Shown: positions 10,127 through 20,546, counted from the stretch's first letter. The stretch is 64,000 bases of DNA from an uncultured Opitutales bacterium (GCA_938091675.1 CALKMX010000015.1:2368-66367); one strand, 5' to 3'. A program made the numbers and translations. Notes: generated by a model not told the origin, from the letters alone.

Positions 10127-10735
10127 TTAACGGCTGTAGTATTCTACAACCAATTGTATATTGATGCTTTGCTCCAACTCATCTGGCTGAGGAAACCGGG
10201 TTACGGTGCCTTGCAACGAGTCAGCCTTTACTTCAAGCCAAGGCGGTGTATTATTGTACTGAGATCCGTCAAGGTTGCGGGTAGCAACTTGTCGAGATGA
10301 GGTTTTTTCACGGACTGTTAAATCATCGCCGACAGAGACTTGAAAACTGGGAATATCTACTTTCTTTCCGTTAACGAGAAGATGTCCATGATTAACAAAC
10401 TGGCGTGCTGAATTTCGGGTCTTTGCAAATCCCAAACGATAAACCACATTGTCCAATCTAGTTTCCAAAGCAGTTAGAAAGTTTTCACCTGTAATGCCTT
10501 GTTTTCTTTTTGCCTTTTGGAAAAGATTCCTGAACTGCTTTTCGGTTAAGCCATACATCATGCGAAGCTTCTGTTTCTCTAACAATCCAGTACCGTAATC
10601 GCTTACTTTTCTCCTAAAATTAGGTCCGTGCTGGCCAGGGGGATAGGTGCGGCGCTCGAAAGATTTGTTGGCAGGAAAAATCGCCATTCCAAAACGGCGA
10701 TTAATGCGGGTGGTTGGTCCTGTGTATCGTGACAT
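10127..10735 (-). CDS. rpsD: 30S ribosomal protein S4
   Basis: MSRYTGPTTRINRRFG, and the S4 RNA-binding domain RLDNVVYRLGFA. Confidence 0.95.
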   Translation of the reverse strand: MSRYTGPTTRINRRFGMAIFPANKSFERRTYPPGQHGPNFRRKVSDYGTGLLEKQKLRMMYGLTEKQFRNLFQKAKRKQGITGENFLTALETRLDNVVYRLGFAKTRNSARQFVNHGHLLVNGKKVDIPSFQVSVGDDLTVREKTSSRQVATRNLDGSQYNNTPPWLEVKADSLQGTVTRFPQPDELEQSINIQLVVEYYSR

Positions 10736-10757
10736 GATAAAAAGAAGTTAAAAGTAA

Positions 10758-11318
10758 TTATACGCGACGCCTTTTAGGTGCACGGCATCCATTGTGCGGT
10801 ACAGGCGTAACATCGATAATTGAGGAAACATTAAAGCCTAAGCTTTGGAGTGCACGAATTGCAGAGTCTCTGCCCATCCCGGGACCCTTAACTTTAACCA
10901 AGACCTCTTTCATTCCATGTGACATGGCCACTTTGCCTGCATCTTGGGTAACTACTTGAGCCGCATATGCGGTTGATTTACGGGACCCGCGGAAATTACA
11001 CTTTCCCGAGCTAGACCAAGAAATCACATTACCTTTAATATCCGTAAATGATACTTTTGTGTTGTTGAATGTGGCAACAATGTAGCAAATACCTGAAGAA
11101 ATATTTTTGCTGCCCTTTGCTTTACGGACCTTAACCTGCTCAATATTGGCGCCCAAAAGGTCTGCTGCAGTTTCTTCTTTCTTGGCTGGCTTTTCCTCAC
11201 CTTTACTGATTTCAGGAGTTTCCTTAGTTTCTTTTGGGTTGGCTACGACGTTTTCATTGTCTTCCACAGAAGAAACCTTCTCCTTCTCTTCGACTAAATT
11301 TTCTTGATCTTCACTCAT
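10758..11318 (-). CDS. rpsK: 30S ribosomal protein S11 with an N-terminal E/K-rich extension of about 57 aa
   Basis: The C-terminal 129 aa ([12 protein letters not shown]...[12 protein letters not shown]) is canonical S11. The first 57 or so residues are low-complexity. Confidence 0.92.
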   Translation of the reverse strand: MSEDQENLVEEKEKVSSVEDNENVVANPKETKETPEISKGEEKPAKKEETAADLLGANIEQVKVRKAKGSKNISSGICYIVATFNNTKVSFTDIKGNVISWSSSGKCNFRGSRKSTAYAAQVVTQDAGKVAMSHGMKEVLVKVKGPGMGRDSAIRALQSLGFNVSSIIDVTPVPHNGCRAPKRRRV

Positions 11319-11336
11319 TTAAAATTTTTTGGTTGG

Positions 11337-11711
11337 TTAACTTTTACGAACAACACCAACTGTTTTCCTACCACCCTTGCGAGTTCTTGCATTGGTGATG
11401 GTTCTTTGACCGCGGACTGGAAGACCTCTTTGGTGCCTAAGTCCCCGATAGCTACGTATACTTTGCAATCGCTTTAGGTTATTTGTAATTTGACGACGCA
11501 AGTCACCCTCAACCATTATTTTATTATCAATGATATAATTGCTGATAAGACTTAAGTCTTGTTCAGATAATTCTTGAGTTCGTCTGTCTGGGTCTATCCC
11601 AGTATCTTCGAGAATCTTTTGGGCTCTAGTTGGTCCAATACCATAAACATAGCGCAAAGAATAAGCGATTTTTTTACGGTTTGGTATATCTACTCCTAAT
11701 AATCTAGCCAT
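11337..11711 (-). CDS. rpsM: 30S ribosomal protein S13
   Basis: MARLLGVDIP...YRGLRHQRGLPVRGQRT. Confidence 0.95.
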   Translation of the reverse strand: MARLLGVDIPNRKKIAYSLRYVYGIGPTRAQKILEDTGIDPDRRTQELSEQDLSLISNYIIDNKIMVEGDLRRQITNNLKRLQSIRSYRGLRHQRGLPVRGQRTITNARTRKGGRKTVGVVRKS

Positions 11712-11737
11712 GGTTCTATTGTGTAAAATTTAGTTAG

Positions 11738-13294
11738 TTAGGCTCCTTTGAAAAAATAAGCCAAGAGCCCGAACGCGAATAAGGCAATGGATATGATTAT
11801 CAAAGGCCTCCATTGAGCCTCAAAGTCTTTAAATTCAAGAGATTCAATCCCTCGATTTGAGGTATTCGAACGTCCGCGAATTCTCCCTTTACGAAGGAAA
11901 CCGTCGTAGTGCCTTTGTAAGAGAAATGTTTCGATTTGTCGCATCGTGTCTAAAACAACACCCACGATGATGAGCATGCCCGTTCCACCGAAAAAGGTAG
12001 CCACATTATATGAGACATTTGCTGTCTTAAAAATAAAGTCAGGAAAAACCGCAATAATAGTTAAAAATACTGCACCTGCTAAAGTTAGGCGAGTCATAAC
12101 AAAGTCAAGGAACCGGGCGGTATGGTCTCCAGGACGCACTCCGGGTACATATCCACCATTTTTCTTTAAATCGTCCGCAATTTGCACGGGTTTAAACATA
12201 ATCGATACCCAGAAGTAGCTGAAAACCAAAATTAAACCACCATAAACAAGATAATAAAATAAACCTCTTCCAGCAAACGCGTTGGCTAAATCAATCGCCC
12301 AATTAGTTTCATTAGGCGAGTCTGCAATAGCGGCACCCAATGTTCGCAAAAGTTGGGCAGGAAACATCAGTATGGCACTTGCGAAGATAACCGGCATTAC
12401 CCCAGCATAATTGACTTTAAGGGGAAGGAATGAGCTCTGACCGCCGAATACTTTTCGTCCAACCATTCGTTTAGCATATTGAACAGGTATTTTTCTCTGT
12501 GCTTGCGTAACTGCAATGATTCCGCCCACCACAAGTAAAAAAAGGCCAATCATTAAAACGGCCTTTACGATGACCATATTATCTTCTGCCGGAGCTAAAA
12601 AGATAAGAGAGTATGCATCCGCAAGAGCCTTTGGTAAATCGGCCAGTATCCCGACCGTGATTAGCAAAGAAATCCCGTTACCAATGCCTCTTTGGGTAAT
12701 TTGCTCCCCCAGCCACATTAAGATAAGTGAGCCTGTGGTTAGAAATACAATGGTATTTACCAAGAAAAGAGTAGGGGAGGTAGCCACAACAATGTCGCCA
12801 AGAGGCTTTCCGTCTAATCCGATTTCGCCAGGATTAAAGCCCATGATTAAACTGCCCGGACTATCACGAAGTGCAACGGCTAAGAGACCACCTTGTACCA
12901 AACAAATAACTATAGTTAAGTAACGGGTATACTGGGATATCTTTTGTCTACCTGGTTCACCTTCCTGTTGAAGCCTAGCAAGATGAGGGAAGACGGCACC
13001 CATTAATTGCATGATTATGGAAGCACTGATATAGGGCATAATGCCTAAGGCAAAGAGAGCTCCATTCAATAAAGCACCACCCGTAAACATATTGTAGAAA
13101 CCCAAGATATCATTACCCCCAGTTTCGCTTCTTGTTTGTTCACGAAGTTCAAAAAATTCCTTTATTGGAGAAGGGTCTACTCCAGGCAGAGGAATATTAG
13201 CACCAACCCGTGCAATGAATAAAAGAGCCAAGGTGAAGAAGATCTTCTGCCTGAGCTCAGGTATTTTTAGCGAATTGGTAAATGCAGAAAGCAT
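11738..13294 (-). CDS. secY: Preprotein translocase subunit SecY (long form, extra C-terminal hydrophobic helix)
   Basis: 518 aa. LGIMPYISASII, LMWLGEQITQRGIGNGISL and NLKKNGGYVPGVRPG are SecY signatures. About 42 residues follow the usual C-terminal GRIRGRS. Confidence 0.93.
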   Translation of the reverse strand: MLSAFTNSLKIPELRQKIFFTLALLFIARVGANIPLPGVDPSPIKEFFELREQTRSETGGNDILGFYNMFTGGALLNGALFALGIMPYISASIIMQLMGAVFPHLARLQQEGEPGRQKISQYTRYLTIVICLVQGGLLAVALRDSPGSLIMGFNPGEIGLDGKPLGDIVVATSPTLFLVNTIVFLTTGSLILMWLGEQITQRGIGNGISLLITVGILADLPKALADAYSLIFLAPAEDNMVIVKAVLMIGLFLLVVGGIIAVTQAQRKIPVQYAKRMVGRKVFGGQSSFLPLKVNYAGVMPVIFASAILMFPAQLLRTLGAAIADSPNETNWAIDLANAFAGRGLFYYLVYGGLILVFSYFWVSIMFKPVQIADDLKKNGGYVPGVRPGDHTARFLDFVMTRLTLAGAVFLTIIAVFPDFIFKTANVSYNVATFFGGTGMLIIVGVVLDTMRQIETFLLQRHYDGFLRKGRIRGRSNTSNRGIESLEFKDFEAQWRPLIIISIALFAFGLLAYFFKGA

Positions 13295-13300
13295 CTTAAA

Positions 13301-13735
13301 TTAAGCAATTGTAATGGAACCACCAGCGGCTTCGATTTTTTTTCCCGCCGATGCGGAAGCGAAATTAACTTGTACTTGGAATGCTTTCGCTACTTCGCCA
13401 AAACCAAGAAGCTTAACTGTAGCAACATTGGAACGAACCAACCCAGCATCCTTGAGTGTTTGAAGGTTAACTTGATCCGTTTGGAGTTTTTCTAGCTGAC
13501 TTACATTTACAATAGCTACCTCAGTCTGGAATCGTGCACGATTAAACCCCCGTTGAGGTAATTTTCTGAAAAGTGGCATTTGACCACCCTCAAACCCAGC
13601 ACGAAGTGAGTAACCAGAACGTGCTCCTGCACCTTTGTGCCCCCTACAGCAAGTTTTGCCATGGCCATTACCTTCTCCTCTTCCAAGCCTTTTTTTGCCA
13701 CGGTTTGCACCCTTTGGTAAATTACTTTCTTTCAT
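13301..13735 (-). CDS. rplO: 50S ribosomal protein L15
   Basis: GRGEGNGHGKTCCRGHKG, and position between rpsE and secY. Confidence 0.93.
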   Translation of the reverse strand: MKESNLPKGANRGKKRLGRGEGNGHGKTCCRGHKGAGARSGYSLRAGFEGGQMPLFRKLPQRGFNRARFQTEVAIVNVSQLEKLQTDQVNLQTLKDAGLVRSNVATVKLLGFGEVAKAFQVQVNFASASAGKKIEAAGGSITIA

Positions 13736-13758
13736 GTGAAATTACAGATTAAAATGGT

Positions 13759-14331
13759 TTATTCTGCTGTTGATGCAGGGATGCTGGAAGTCGTAGCTGT
13801 AAAGGAAGGACCTTTAACCCGCTCTCCACGAATTTGAGAAATTTGTTCTGCAGAACGTAAGTCACACAAGCCTTTCATGGTAGCACCTACAATAGACAAT
13901 GGATTGTTTGAACCAAGAGACTTGGAAAGAACATTCTTAATACCAGCACCCTCTAAAACAGCACGCACTCCTCCGCCTGCAATAATTCCGGTTCCTTCTC
14001 TTGCCGGACGAAGTAGAACTTTTCCTCCATCAAAATTTGCAAGAACAGGATGGGGAATAGTATCGCCTGACAAAGAGACTGGTCGCATTGATTTTTTTGC
14101 TTGCTCAGTTCCTTTACGAATCGCATCTGGAACCATTTGAGCTTTGCCATAGCCAAAACCAACATTTCCTTTTTGGTCTCCAACAACAACAAGGGCTGCA
14201 AAGCTGAATCTTCTTCCACCTTTTACTACCTTCGCACAACGGTTAACATGAACAACCTTTTCAAAGAGTGCATCCTCATCTAAGGATAATTTCTCTGAAG
14301 GTTTCGATGAATTGGATTTTCTATCAGACAT
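13759..14331 (-). CDS. rpsE: 30S ribosomal protein S5
   Basis: [22 protein letters not shown]...[15 protein letters not shown]. Confidence 0.95.
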   Translation of the reverse strand: MSDRKSNSSKPSEKLSLDEDALFEKVVHVNRCAKVVKGGRRFSFAALVVVGDQKGNVGFGYGKAQMVPDAIRKGTEQAKKSMRPVSLSGDTIPHPVLANFDGGKVLLRPAREGTGIIAGGGVRAVLEGAGIKNVLSKSLGSNNPLSIVGATMKGLCDLRSAEQISQIRGERVKGPSFTATTSSIPASTAE

Positions 14332-14336
14332 TTTAA

Positions 14337-14693
14337 TTAAAATTCGAGTCCCACTTGACGAACAGAATCAGCAAACACCTTAACACACCCGTGATACTTT
14401 CTTCCGGCTCTATCGAAAACCACGGTATTGATTCCGGCATCTTTTATGCGTTTGCCCAAAAGAGAACCAATGTGTTCTGATCCGGCAACATTAGGCAGAA
14501 AATCCTTGAGTTCCTTTTCATTAGTTGAAATAGCAACTAAAGTAGTGGATGACTCGTCGTTGATACACTGTGCGTGTATATTTTTATTTGTAAAACGAAC
14601 GGTCACTCTGGGACGGTTGGATGTGCCAACTATCTTTTTTCTTATGCGCCAGCGTCTTTTTTGTAAGAGGTCTCTTTTCTTTCCTAAATTCAT
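14337..14693 (-). CDS. rplR: 50S ribosomal protein L18
   Basis: [16 protein letters not shown]...[22 protein letters not shown]. Confidence 0.94.
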   Translation of the reverse strand: MNLGKKRDLLQKRRWRIRKKIVGTSNRPRVTVRFTNKNIHAQCINDESSTTLVAISTNEKELKDFLPNVAGSEHIGSLLGKRIKDAGINTVVFDRAGRKYHGCVKVFADSVRQVGLEF

Positions 14694-14715
14694 AATGAAA
14701 ATTTATCGGTTTAAT

Positions 14716-15252
14716 CTATGCAGATTTTTTTCCTTCTTTTCTGCGCACATACTCTCCTAAGATACGGACACCTTTTCCTTTGTAAGGTTCTACTGGATAA
14801 TAACTCTTTATTTCAGCAGCCATTTGGCCCACTTTTTGTTTATCTGAACCCTCGACATGTATTTTGACATTGTCTGCTACCGTTACCGAAACGCCCTCAG
14901 GGATTGGATGGTTAATTGGATGGGAATACCCAAGTTCCAATCCAAGCTCTGCACCCTTCACGGTTGCCCTAAAACCTACGCCTTCAATTAGAAGGTTTTT
15001 GCTGTAAGGAGTTACTACGCCTGTAACCATATTTGCAATTAAAGAACGAGTTGTTCCTTGGAGCGCCCGAGATTGGCGGTCCGTGTCTTTAGGACGAACA
15101 ACGATTTCCTTTTCAGAAACCTCCAATCCGATGGAATCGTGTAATAACTGAGTAAGTTCGCCTTTTGGTCCCTTGACTTTAACAACGCCACACTCTGTGT
15201 TTACTGAAACTCCAGAAGGAATTTCTATGGGTAAATTTCCTATTCTGCTCAT
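14716..15252 (-). CDS. rplF: 50S ribosomal protein L6
   Basis: MSRIGNLPIEIPSGV...EGVGFRA...YVRRKEGK. Confidence 0.95.
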   Translation of the reverse strand: MSRIGNLPIEIPSGVSVNTECGVVKVKGPKGELTQLLHDSIGLEVSEKEIVVRPKDTDRQSRALQGTTRSLIANMVTGVVTPYSKNLLIEGVGFRATVKGAELGLELGYSHPINHPIPEGVSVTVADNVKIHVEGSDKQKVGQMAAEIKSYYPVEPYKGKGVRILGEYVRRKEGKKSA

Positions 15253-15264
15253 AATAAAATTTTA

Positions 15265-15663
15265 TTACCAAACGCTACAAAGTAATTCTCCGCCAAGCTT
15301 CTCTTGGCGAGCGGTGCGATCATCAATAACTCCCTTAGGCGAACTAAGGACAGATATCCCTAAACCACCCAGCACACTGGGAATATCTCTGTAGCCACAA
15401 TAAGAACGACGACCGGGTGAGCTAATACGACTAATTCCTTTGATCGCGTGCTTACCAGAAACATACTTTAATTTAATTTCTAAGGTTTTAAAGCCTTTAT
15501 CGTTGTCACTTTCTAGGTAATCAGAAACAAAACCACGGTTTTTTAAAATTGATGCGATTCCAGCTCGTAATTTGGAGTGGGGATAGGAACAACTTTCTTT
15601 TCCTGCAAGTCCGGCGTTTCGGATAACGGTTATAAAATCACCAATGGTATCGTGTACAGACAT
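15265..15663 (-). CDS. rpsH: 30S ribosomal protein S8
   Basis: DTIGDFITVIRNA...GGELLCSVW. Confidence 0.95.
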   Translation of the reverse strand: MSVHDTIGDFITVIRNAGLAGKESCSYPHSKLRAGIASILKNRGFVSDYLESDNDKGFKTLEIKLKYVSGKHAIKGISRISSPGRRSYCGYRDIPSVLGGLGISVLSSPKGVIDDRTARQEKLGGELLCSVW

Positions 15664-15690
15664 TTTTAATACGGAGTATAGAAGATTAAT

Positions 15691-15996
15691 TTACCAGGAA
15701 GCCTTAATGACCCCAGGTACCTTGCCCTGTAAGGCGAGTTCACGAAAAGAGATCCGGGATAAACCAAATTTTCTTATCACTGCCCGTGGACGACCAGTAA
15801 GCGAACATCTTTTAACAAGGCGAACTGGTGATGAGTTTTTGGGCAGTTTGGTTAACTTAGCTTGGGCAACATAAAAGTCTTCTTCAGTTGTGCTTGGATC
15901 GGAAAGAATTTTTTTGAGAGCAGTACGTTTTGCTGCGTACCGAGCAACCATGCTTTCCCGTTTTTTATTTCTTTGTATTGCGGATTTCTTGGCCAT
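15691..15996 (-). CDS. rpsN: 30S ribosomal protein S14 (long, non-zinc form)
   Basis: 101 aa. [14 protein letters not shown]...[21 protein letters not shown]. No CxxC pairs. Confidence 0.94.
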   Translation of the reverse strand: MAKKSAIQRNKKRESMVARYAAKRTALKKILSDPSTTEEDFYVAQAKLTKLPKNSSPVRLVKRCSLTGRPRAVIRKFGLSRISFRELALQGKVPGVIKASW

Positions 15997-16016
15997 AACG
16001 AATGAATAGTAAAAGA

Positions 16017-16586
16017 TTAAGCTGCCTGTTCAACAGACTGAGGAGATTGCTTACGAAAGGGCATGCCCAAAAGCTCAAGAAGTTCCTTACCTTCTTGATC
16101 GTTTTCAGCACTTGTGGTTATGCATATGTCTAGCCCTACATTGACCCTCTGTCTCTCAACATTTATTTCTGGAAAAATACTGTGGTCTGTAATACCAAGG
16201 GAATAATTCCCCCGGCCATCAAGCTTGGAACGAACACCCCTAAAGTCACGAATATTGGGAAGAGAAATTGCAATCAAGCGGTATAAAAATTCCCACATTT
16301 GCTTACCCCGAAGGGTAACTTTAACACCCACTGGCATTCCTTGTCGCAACTTAAAGTTTGAAACACTAATTTTGGCTTTTACTACGACAGGTGCTTGTCC
16401 AGATAAGCTGGCAATATCGTTTCGGAGATCACTGATACCGTTTTTGTCCATTTCCGCACCGAAGGAGGAATTGAGCACTATTTTATCAATCTTCGGCACT
16501 TGATGAATGTTTTTGTATCCGAGTTTTTTCATTAATGCTGGGACAACACTCTCAGTGTAAAATTTTTTGAGTTCAGGGGTTTTCAT
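16017..16586 (-). CDS. rplE: 50S ribosomal protein L5
   Basis: [10 protein letters not shown]...[10 protein letters not shown]. Confidence 0.95.
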   Translation of the reverse strand: MKTPELKKFYTESVVPALMKKLGYKNIHQVPKIDKIVLNSSFGAEMDKNGISDLRNDIASLSGQAPVVVKAKISVSNFKLRQGMPVGVKVTLRGKQMWEFLYRLIAISLPNIRDFRGVRSKLDGRGNYSLGITDHSIFPEINVERQRVNVGLDICITTSAENDQEGKELLELLGMPFRKQSPQSVEQAA

Positions 16587-16600
16587 GAAATATAAAAGAG

Positions 16601-16828
16601 TTATTTGCTGGTTTTCTTCACGTTGGAAAAATGGATAGATGCTTCTCTTTCAACAATAGAACCCTGTGGGTTATCCTGTGTTTTACGCTCGTGCTTCTTA
16701 ACAAGGTTAACACCTTCGACTAGAACCCGGTTTTTTGTACGGATAACTTGAAGAACCTTACCCTTACTACCTTTGTGATCGCCAGTAATTACAACTACTT
16801 CGTCACCCTTTTTTAATTTAATAGCCAT
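16601..16828 (-). CDS. rplX: 50S ribosomal protein L24 (short form, 75 aa)
   Basis: [21 protein letters not shown], a KOW motif. It ends 14 nt before rplE, so the shortness is not a frameshift artefact. Confidence 0.92.
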   Translation of the reverse strand: MAIKLKKGDEVVVITGDHKGSKGKVLQVIRTKNRVLVEGVNLVKKHERKTQDNPQGSIVEREASIHFSNVKKTSK

Positions 16829-16829
16829 G

Positions 16830-17192
16830 TTACAAAACTTCAGGAGCTAAAGAGATTATTTTCATGAATTTTTGACGTAATTCACGAGCAACGGGACCAA
16901 ATATACGGGTGCCCTTAGGGGATCCATCATTATTAACGATAACGCAGGCGTTTTCATCAAACCGGAGATAACTACCATCCCGTCTTCTCATGGGTGATTT
17001 CGTGCGAACTACCACGGCACGTACCACAGTCCCTTTTCTGACGGCTGCGTCTACGGAGCTTTCCTTTACATGGCAAACAATAATGTCACCAACAGAGGCT
17101 GTCTGGGAAAGTTGACCAAGGCGGCGAATCATTCTTACTTGTTTAGCGCCTGTATTATCCGCAACTTCTAATCTGCTAAGTAATTGAATCAT
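16830..17192 (-). CDS. rplN: 50S ribosomal protein L14
   Basis: [11 protein letters not shown]...[10 protein letters not shown]...IISLAPEVL. Confidence 0.95.
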   Translation of the reverse strand: MIQLLSRLEVADNTGAKQVRMIRRLGQLSQTASVGDIIVCHVKESSVDAAVRKGTVVRAVVVRTKSPMRRRDGSYLRFDENACVIVNNDGSPKGTRIFGPVARELRQKFMKIISLAPEVL

Positions 17193-17198
17193 TTTAAA

Positions 17199-17471
17199 TT
17201 AAACAGTGGGGGCTTTCTCGACTAACTCGACTACACGCCAGCGTTTCATCTTACTTAGAGGACGGGTGGATGAGATTCTTACTTTATCACCGACATTTGA
17301 AACATTTTCCTCATCATGAACATGAACGGTTGTTTTGCGCCTAATCTCTTTTTTGTAAAGCGGGTGAGGGATTTTGTATTCGTAAACCACTTTGATTGAC
17401 TTATCACCAGTCTTGGAACGAACCACGCCCACAAGTTGTTTACGGTTATTTCTGTTGGATTGCTCGGTCAT
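17199..17471 (-). CDS. rpsQ: 30S ribosomal protein S17
   Basis: GVVRSKTGDKSIKV...YKKEIRRKTTVHVHDE. Confidence 0.93.
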   Translation of the reverse strand: MTEQSNRNNRKQLVGVVRSKTGDKSIKVVYEYKIPHPLYKKEIRRKTTVHVHDEENVSNVGDKVRISSTRPLSKMKRWRVVELVEKAPTV

Positions 17472-17478
17472 TTAAAAA

Positions 17479-17679
17479 TTAGCTGTTGGATTGATTTTCC
17501 GATACACGAAGCTGGGTAAAAAGGCGTGCACGATCTCGCCTAAGCGATCTGATCATGTGAGGCTTCTCTACCTGACCAGATTGTTTGCGGATTTGTAACT
17601 GAAGTAGCTCATCACCCAATTCCCTGAGTTTTTTTTCTATTTCAGGAACGGAAAGATCTTTGATTTCAGAGATTTTCAT
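17479..17679 (-). CDS. rpmC: 50S ribosomal protein L29
   Basis: 66 aa, helical. Position between rplP and rpsQ. LRELGDELLQLQIRKQSGQ. Confidence 0.9.
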   Translation of the reverse strand: MKISEIKDLSVPEIEKKLRELGDELLQLQIRKQSGQVEKPHMIRSLRRDRARLFTQLRVSENQSNS

Positions 17680-17687
17680 AAATAGTT

Positions 17688-18110
17688 CTAGTAATTCCTT
17701 TCACGGCTTACTAAGCGGCAACGAAAAGGAAGTTTGGCATCTGCTAAACCAAGTGCCTCTCTTGCAAGAGTTAATGAGCAACCTGCTATTTCAAAAAGTA
17801 CATGACCTGGCTTAATAACTGCGACCCAATGATCAACGGGGCCTTTACCTTTGCCCTGCCTAGTCTCGGCAGGTTTCTTGGTTACTGGTTTGTGAGGAAA
17901 TACCCTGATCCAAACTTTTCCTTTACGCTTAAGGTGACGGTTAATCGCGACACGGGCTGCCTCGATTTGATTGGATGTCATCCTTCCACGGGATAAAGAT
18001 TGGATTCCAAATTCACCAAAAGAAACAAAATTTCCTTTGGAGGCCGATCCGCGGATCCGGCCCTTATGAACTTTCCGAAACTTGGTACGAGATGGTAATA
18101 ACTTAGGCAT
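17688..18110 (-). CDS. rplP: 50S ribosomal protein L16
   Basis: [11 protein letters not shown]...[15 protein letters not shown]. Confidence 0.95.
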   Translation of the reverse strand: MPKLLPSRTKFRKVHKGRIRGSASKGNFVSFGEFGIQSLSRGRMTSNQIEAARVAINRHLKRKGKVWIRVFPHKPVTKKPAETRQGKGKGPVDHWVAVIKPGHVLFEIAGCSLTLAREALGLADAKLPFRCRLVSRERNY

Positions 18111-18122
18111 GGAACTGGGAAT

Positions 18123-18758
18123 TTAGAATATCTTGTCTTCGTCCTTCAGGCATATCCAGCATTTGATGCCAATGATGCCATAAACCGTGTGTGCTTCAAC
18201 AAGACCATAATCGATATTTTCGCGTAATGTATGCAATGGAACCCTGCCTTCGCGCAATTGTTCGGTACGAGCTATATCCGCACCAGCTAATCGACCGGCA
18301 CATTGAATACGAATGCCTTCAGCCCCCATAGACATAGTGGTTTGGACGGCTTTCTTCATTGCCCTACGAAATGCAATTCTTCGCTCTAATTGAAGAGCTA
18401 CGCTCTCCGCAACAAGTGAGGCTACAAGATCAGGCTTTTTGATTTCTTGAATCTCAAGGCGAACCTCTTTACCGACTGTACGGTTTAAAGTATCCCTAAG
18501 GGAATCCAGTTCTTGACCCTTACGGCCAATAACGATTCCTGGCCTTGCTGTCCAAATCGTAACACGCGTTCTGGTAGATGCACGTTCGATTACGATACGG
18601 GGAACAGATGCATAGCGTAGCTTTTTTTCAAGGAAGCCACGTATGAGATTATCTTCTTCCATGAAAGTGGAGTAGTCGAACTTGTTTGCATACCATCGAG
18701 CACTCCAATTTCTGCGAACGCTAAGTCGGAAACCAATAGGATTTACTTTCTGTCCCAT
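18123..18758 (-). CDS. rpsC: 30S ribosomal protein S3
   Basis: MGQKVNPIGFRL...GRLAGADIARTE. Confidence 0.95.
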   Translation of the reverse strand: MGQKVNPIGFRLSVRRNWSARWYANKFDYSTFMEEDNLIRGFLEKKLRYASVPRIVIERASTRTRVTIWTARPGIVIGRKGQELDSLRDTLNRTVGKEVRLEIQEIKKPDLVASLVAESVALQLERRIAFRRAMKKAVQTTMSMGAEGIRIQCAGRLAGADIARTEQLREGRVPLHTLRENIDYGLVEAHTVYGIIGIKCWICLKDEDKIF

Positions 18759-18761
18759 ATC

Positions 18762-19100
18762 TTAAATTTTTTCGTCGGTTAAAGTGATTCGAAGATGGCT
18801 CATTCTTTTCTTGTAAGGATGAGCTGAACCTCTGGCACAAGGGCGGAAGCGCTTAAGTGCTGGCCCCTCCTCTACGATAGCTTCTCTGATCGTAAGATCA
18901 TCAGCATTCAAATTTGCATTGTTCTCAGCATTGGCCATGGCGGAGCGGAGTGTTTTGTCTAACATACGGGCAGCCTTCCTTGGAATATACTTGAGGAGGG
19001 ATACACCTTCAGTTGCTTTGCGACCTGGTAAAATGCGTGCAACCTCACGTGCTTTCTTTGGAGAAATTCGCATGTATTTAGAATACGACTTAATGTCCAT
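18762..19100 (-). CDS. rplV: 50S ribosomal protein L22
   Basis: The ORF in the track extends to 19172 and overlaps rpsS. The L22 homology starts at the internal Met (MDIKSYSKYMRISPKKAREV) at 19100, directly abutting the rpsS stop at 19102-19104. Confidence 0.9.
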   Translation of the reverse strand: MDIKSYSKYMRISPKKAREVARILPGRKATEGVSLLKYIPRKAARMLDKTLRSAMANAENNANLNADDLTIREAIVEEGPALKRFRPCARGSAHPYKKRMSHLRITLTDEKI

Positions 19101-19101
19101 T

Positions 19102-19371
19102 TTACTTCTGTGTGTGGGGGTTGTGGGATTTAAACGCCCTAGTTGCCGAAAATTCACCCAACTTATGACCAACCATGTTCTCAGTTACATACACGGGAAG
19201 AAAGTTTTTACCGTTGTGTACAGTAAAGTTTAAACCAACAAAGTCAGGAGTAATTGTTGATCTACGGGACCAAGTTTTAATTGGCTTACGATCGCCATTA
19301 TCTTGGGCTTTTTGAACCTTCTTCATGAGGTGTGGATCAACAAAGAAACCTTTTTTTATAGATCTTGTCAT
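19102..19371 (-). CDS. rpsS: 30S ribosomal protein S19
   Basis: [12 protein letters not shown]...[23 protein letters not shown]. Confidence 0.95.
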   Translation of the reverse strand: MTRSIKKGFFVDPHLMKKVQKAQDNGDRKPIKTWSRRSTITPDFVGLNFTVHNGKNFLPVYVTENMVGHKLGEFSATRAFKSHNPHTQK

Positions 19372-19378
19372 AGCAAAG

Positions 19379-20221
19379 TTACTTTACCCTGCGACCATTA
19401 CGGCGAGTGATAATCTGAGAGTTAGATAGTTTGGATTTTTTACGGGTCGGGAATCCTTTTGATAATTGACCCCATGGAGATGATGGATGACCTCCACCAG
19501 AAGTTTTTCCTTCACCACCGCCCATTGGGTGATCAACTGGATTCATTGCTACACCACGAACGCGGGGACGACGGCCTTTCCAACGGTTTCTTCCAGCTTT
19601 TCCAATTGTAGATTTTTGATGGTTGCCATTTCCGACGACTCCAACGGTAGCAGAACAGTTAGATTTAACTCGTCGAATTTCTCCACTTGGCATCTTTAGG
19701 GCAGCATCTTCACCATCTACTGAAATAAGCCTAGCTGAACTTCCTGCAGAACGACATATCTTGGCCCCAGCACCTGGCAACATTTCAACACAATGAACCT
19801 TTGTGCCCAACGGCATAAACTTAAGCGGCATCATATTACCTACACTGAAATCAACTGATTTGTCTGAACTTAAAAGAGTATGTCCAACTTCAAGTCCTTC
19901 TGGTGCAGGAATGTAGGATTTCTCCCCATCGGCGTACTGAATTAATGCGATGTTGGCTGTACGATTGGGGTCGTATTCCAAAGCAATTACTTCAGCAACA
20001 TCACCATGTCTAGGGCGACGAAAATCAACTTGCCTATATAAACGCTTGTGACCACCACCACGACGCCGGCTTGTTATTCTACCGTATGTGTTTCTACCCT
20101 TTTTCCTATGGTGGCCAGAAGTCAAAGACCTTTCTGGTCTTTTCTTGGAAAGGTCCTGCTTGTTTTTGAGATAAAACCGACCGCTTGGCGTGACAGGTTT
20201 TTGTTGTAAAATAGCCATCAT
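19379..20221 (-). CDS. rplB: 50S ribosomal protein L2
   Basis: GGGHKRLYR...[22 protein letters not shown]. Confidence 0.95.
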   Translation of the reverse strand: MMAILQQKPVTPSGRFYLKNKQDLSKKRPERSLTSGHHRKKGRNTYGRITSRRRGGGHKRLYRQVDFRRPRHGDVAEVIALEYDPNRTANIALIQYADGEKSYIPAPEGLEVGHTLLSSDKSVDFSVGNMMPLKFMPLGTKVHCVEMLPGAGAKICRSAGSSARLISVDGEDAALKMPSGEIRRVKSNCSATVGVVGNGNHQKSTIGKAGRNRWKGRRPRVRGVAMNPVDHPMGGGEGKTSGGGHPSSPWGQLSKGFPTRKKSKLSNSQIITRRNGRRVK

Positions 20222-20235
20222 TTTTAAACTCCTGA

Positions 20236-20526
20236 TTAAGCAAGGTCTATGCTATCGCCGGCCTTCAAAGTAATAATCGCCTTTTTGGAAAGGGAGGTGC
20301 GACCAAGTTTCCCCCTCCTCATACGGTCTCTTTTAGACTTAGGCTTTTGGGTGAGGGTGTTTACCTTGATAACACTAACCCCAAAGGTCTTTTCAACTGC
20401 ATTTTTAATATTAGTTCTTGTTGCTTTGGGAAAGACAGAGAACACATATTGGTTGAGATTAGCCGAAAGCATGGTTGCTTTCTCGGTGAGAAGTGCTTCC
20501 TTTAAAATTTTAACTGATTCATTCAT
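20236..20526 (-). CDS. rplW: 50S ribosomal protein L23
   Basis: 96 aa. TEKATMLSANLNQYVFSV...KKAIITL. Position between rplD and rplB. Confidence 0.92.
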   Translation of the reverse strand: MNESVKILKEALLTEKATMLSANLNQYVFSVFPKATRTNIKNAVEKTFGVSVIKVNTLTQKPKSKRDRMRRGKLGRTSLSKKAIITLKAGDSIDLA

Positions 20527-20546
20527 GGATAGAAAAGTATGGAGAG

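Noticed and set aside
12516-12923. 135-aa plus-strand ORF inside secY. Similar antisense ORFs occur in rpoB, rpoC, gyrB, the SLC13 gene and the S41 protease gene.
   Set aside because: All are fully nested antisense to strongly supported genes. They have no motifs and no independent start context.
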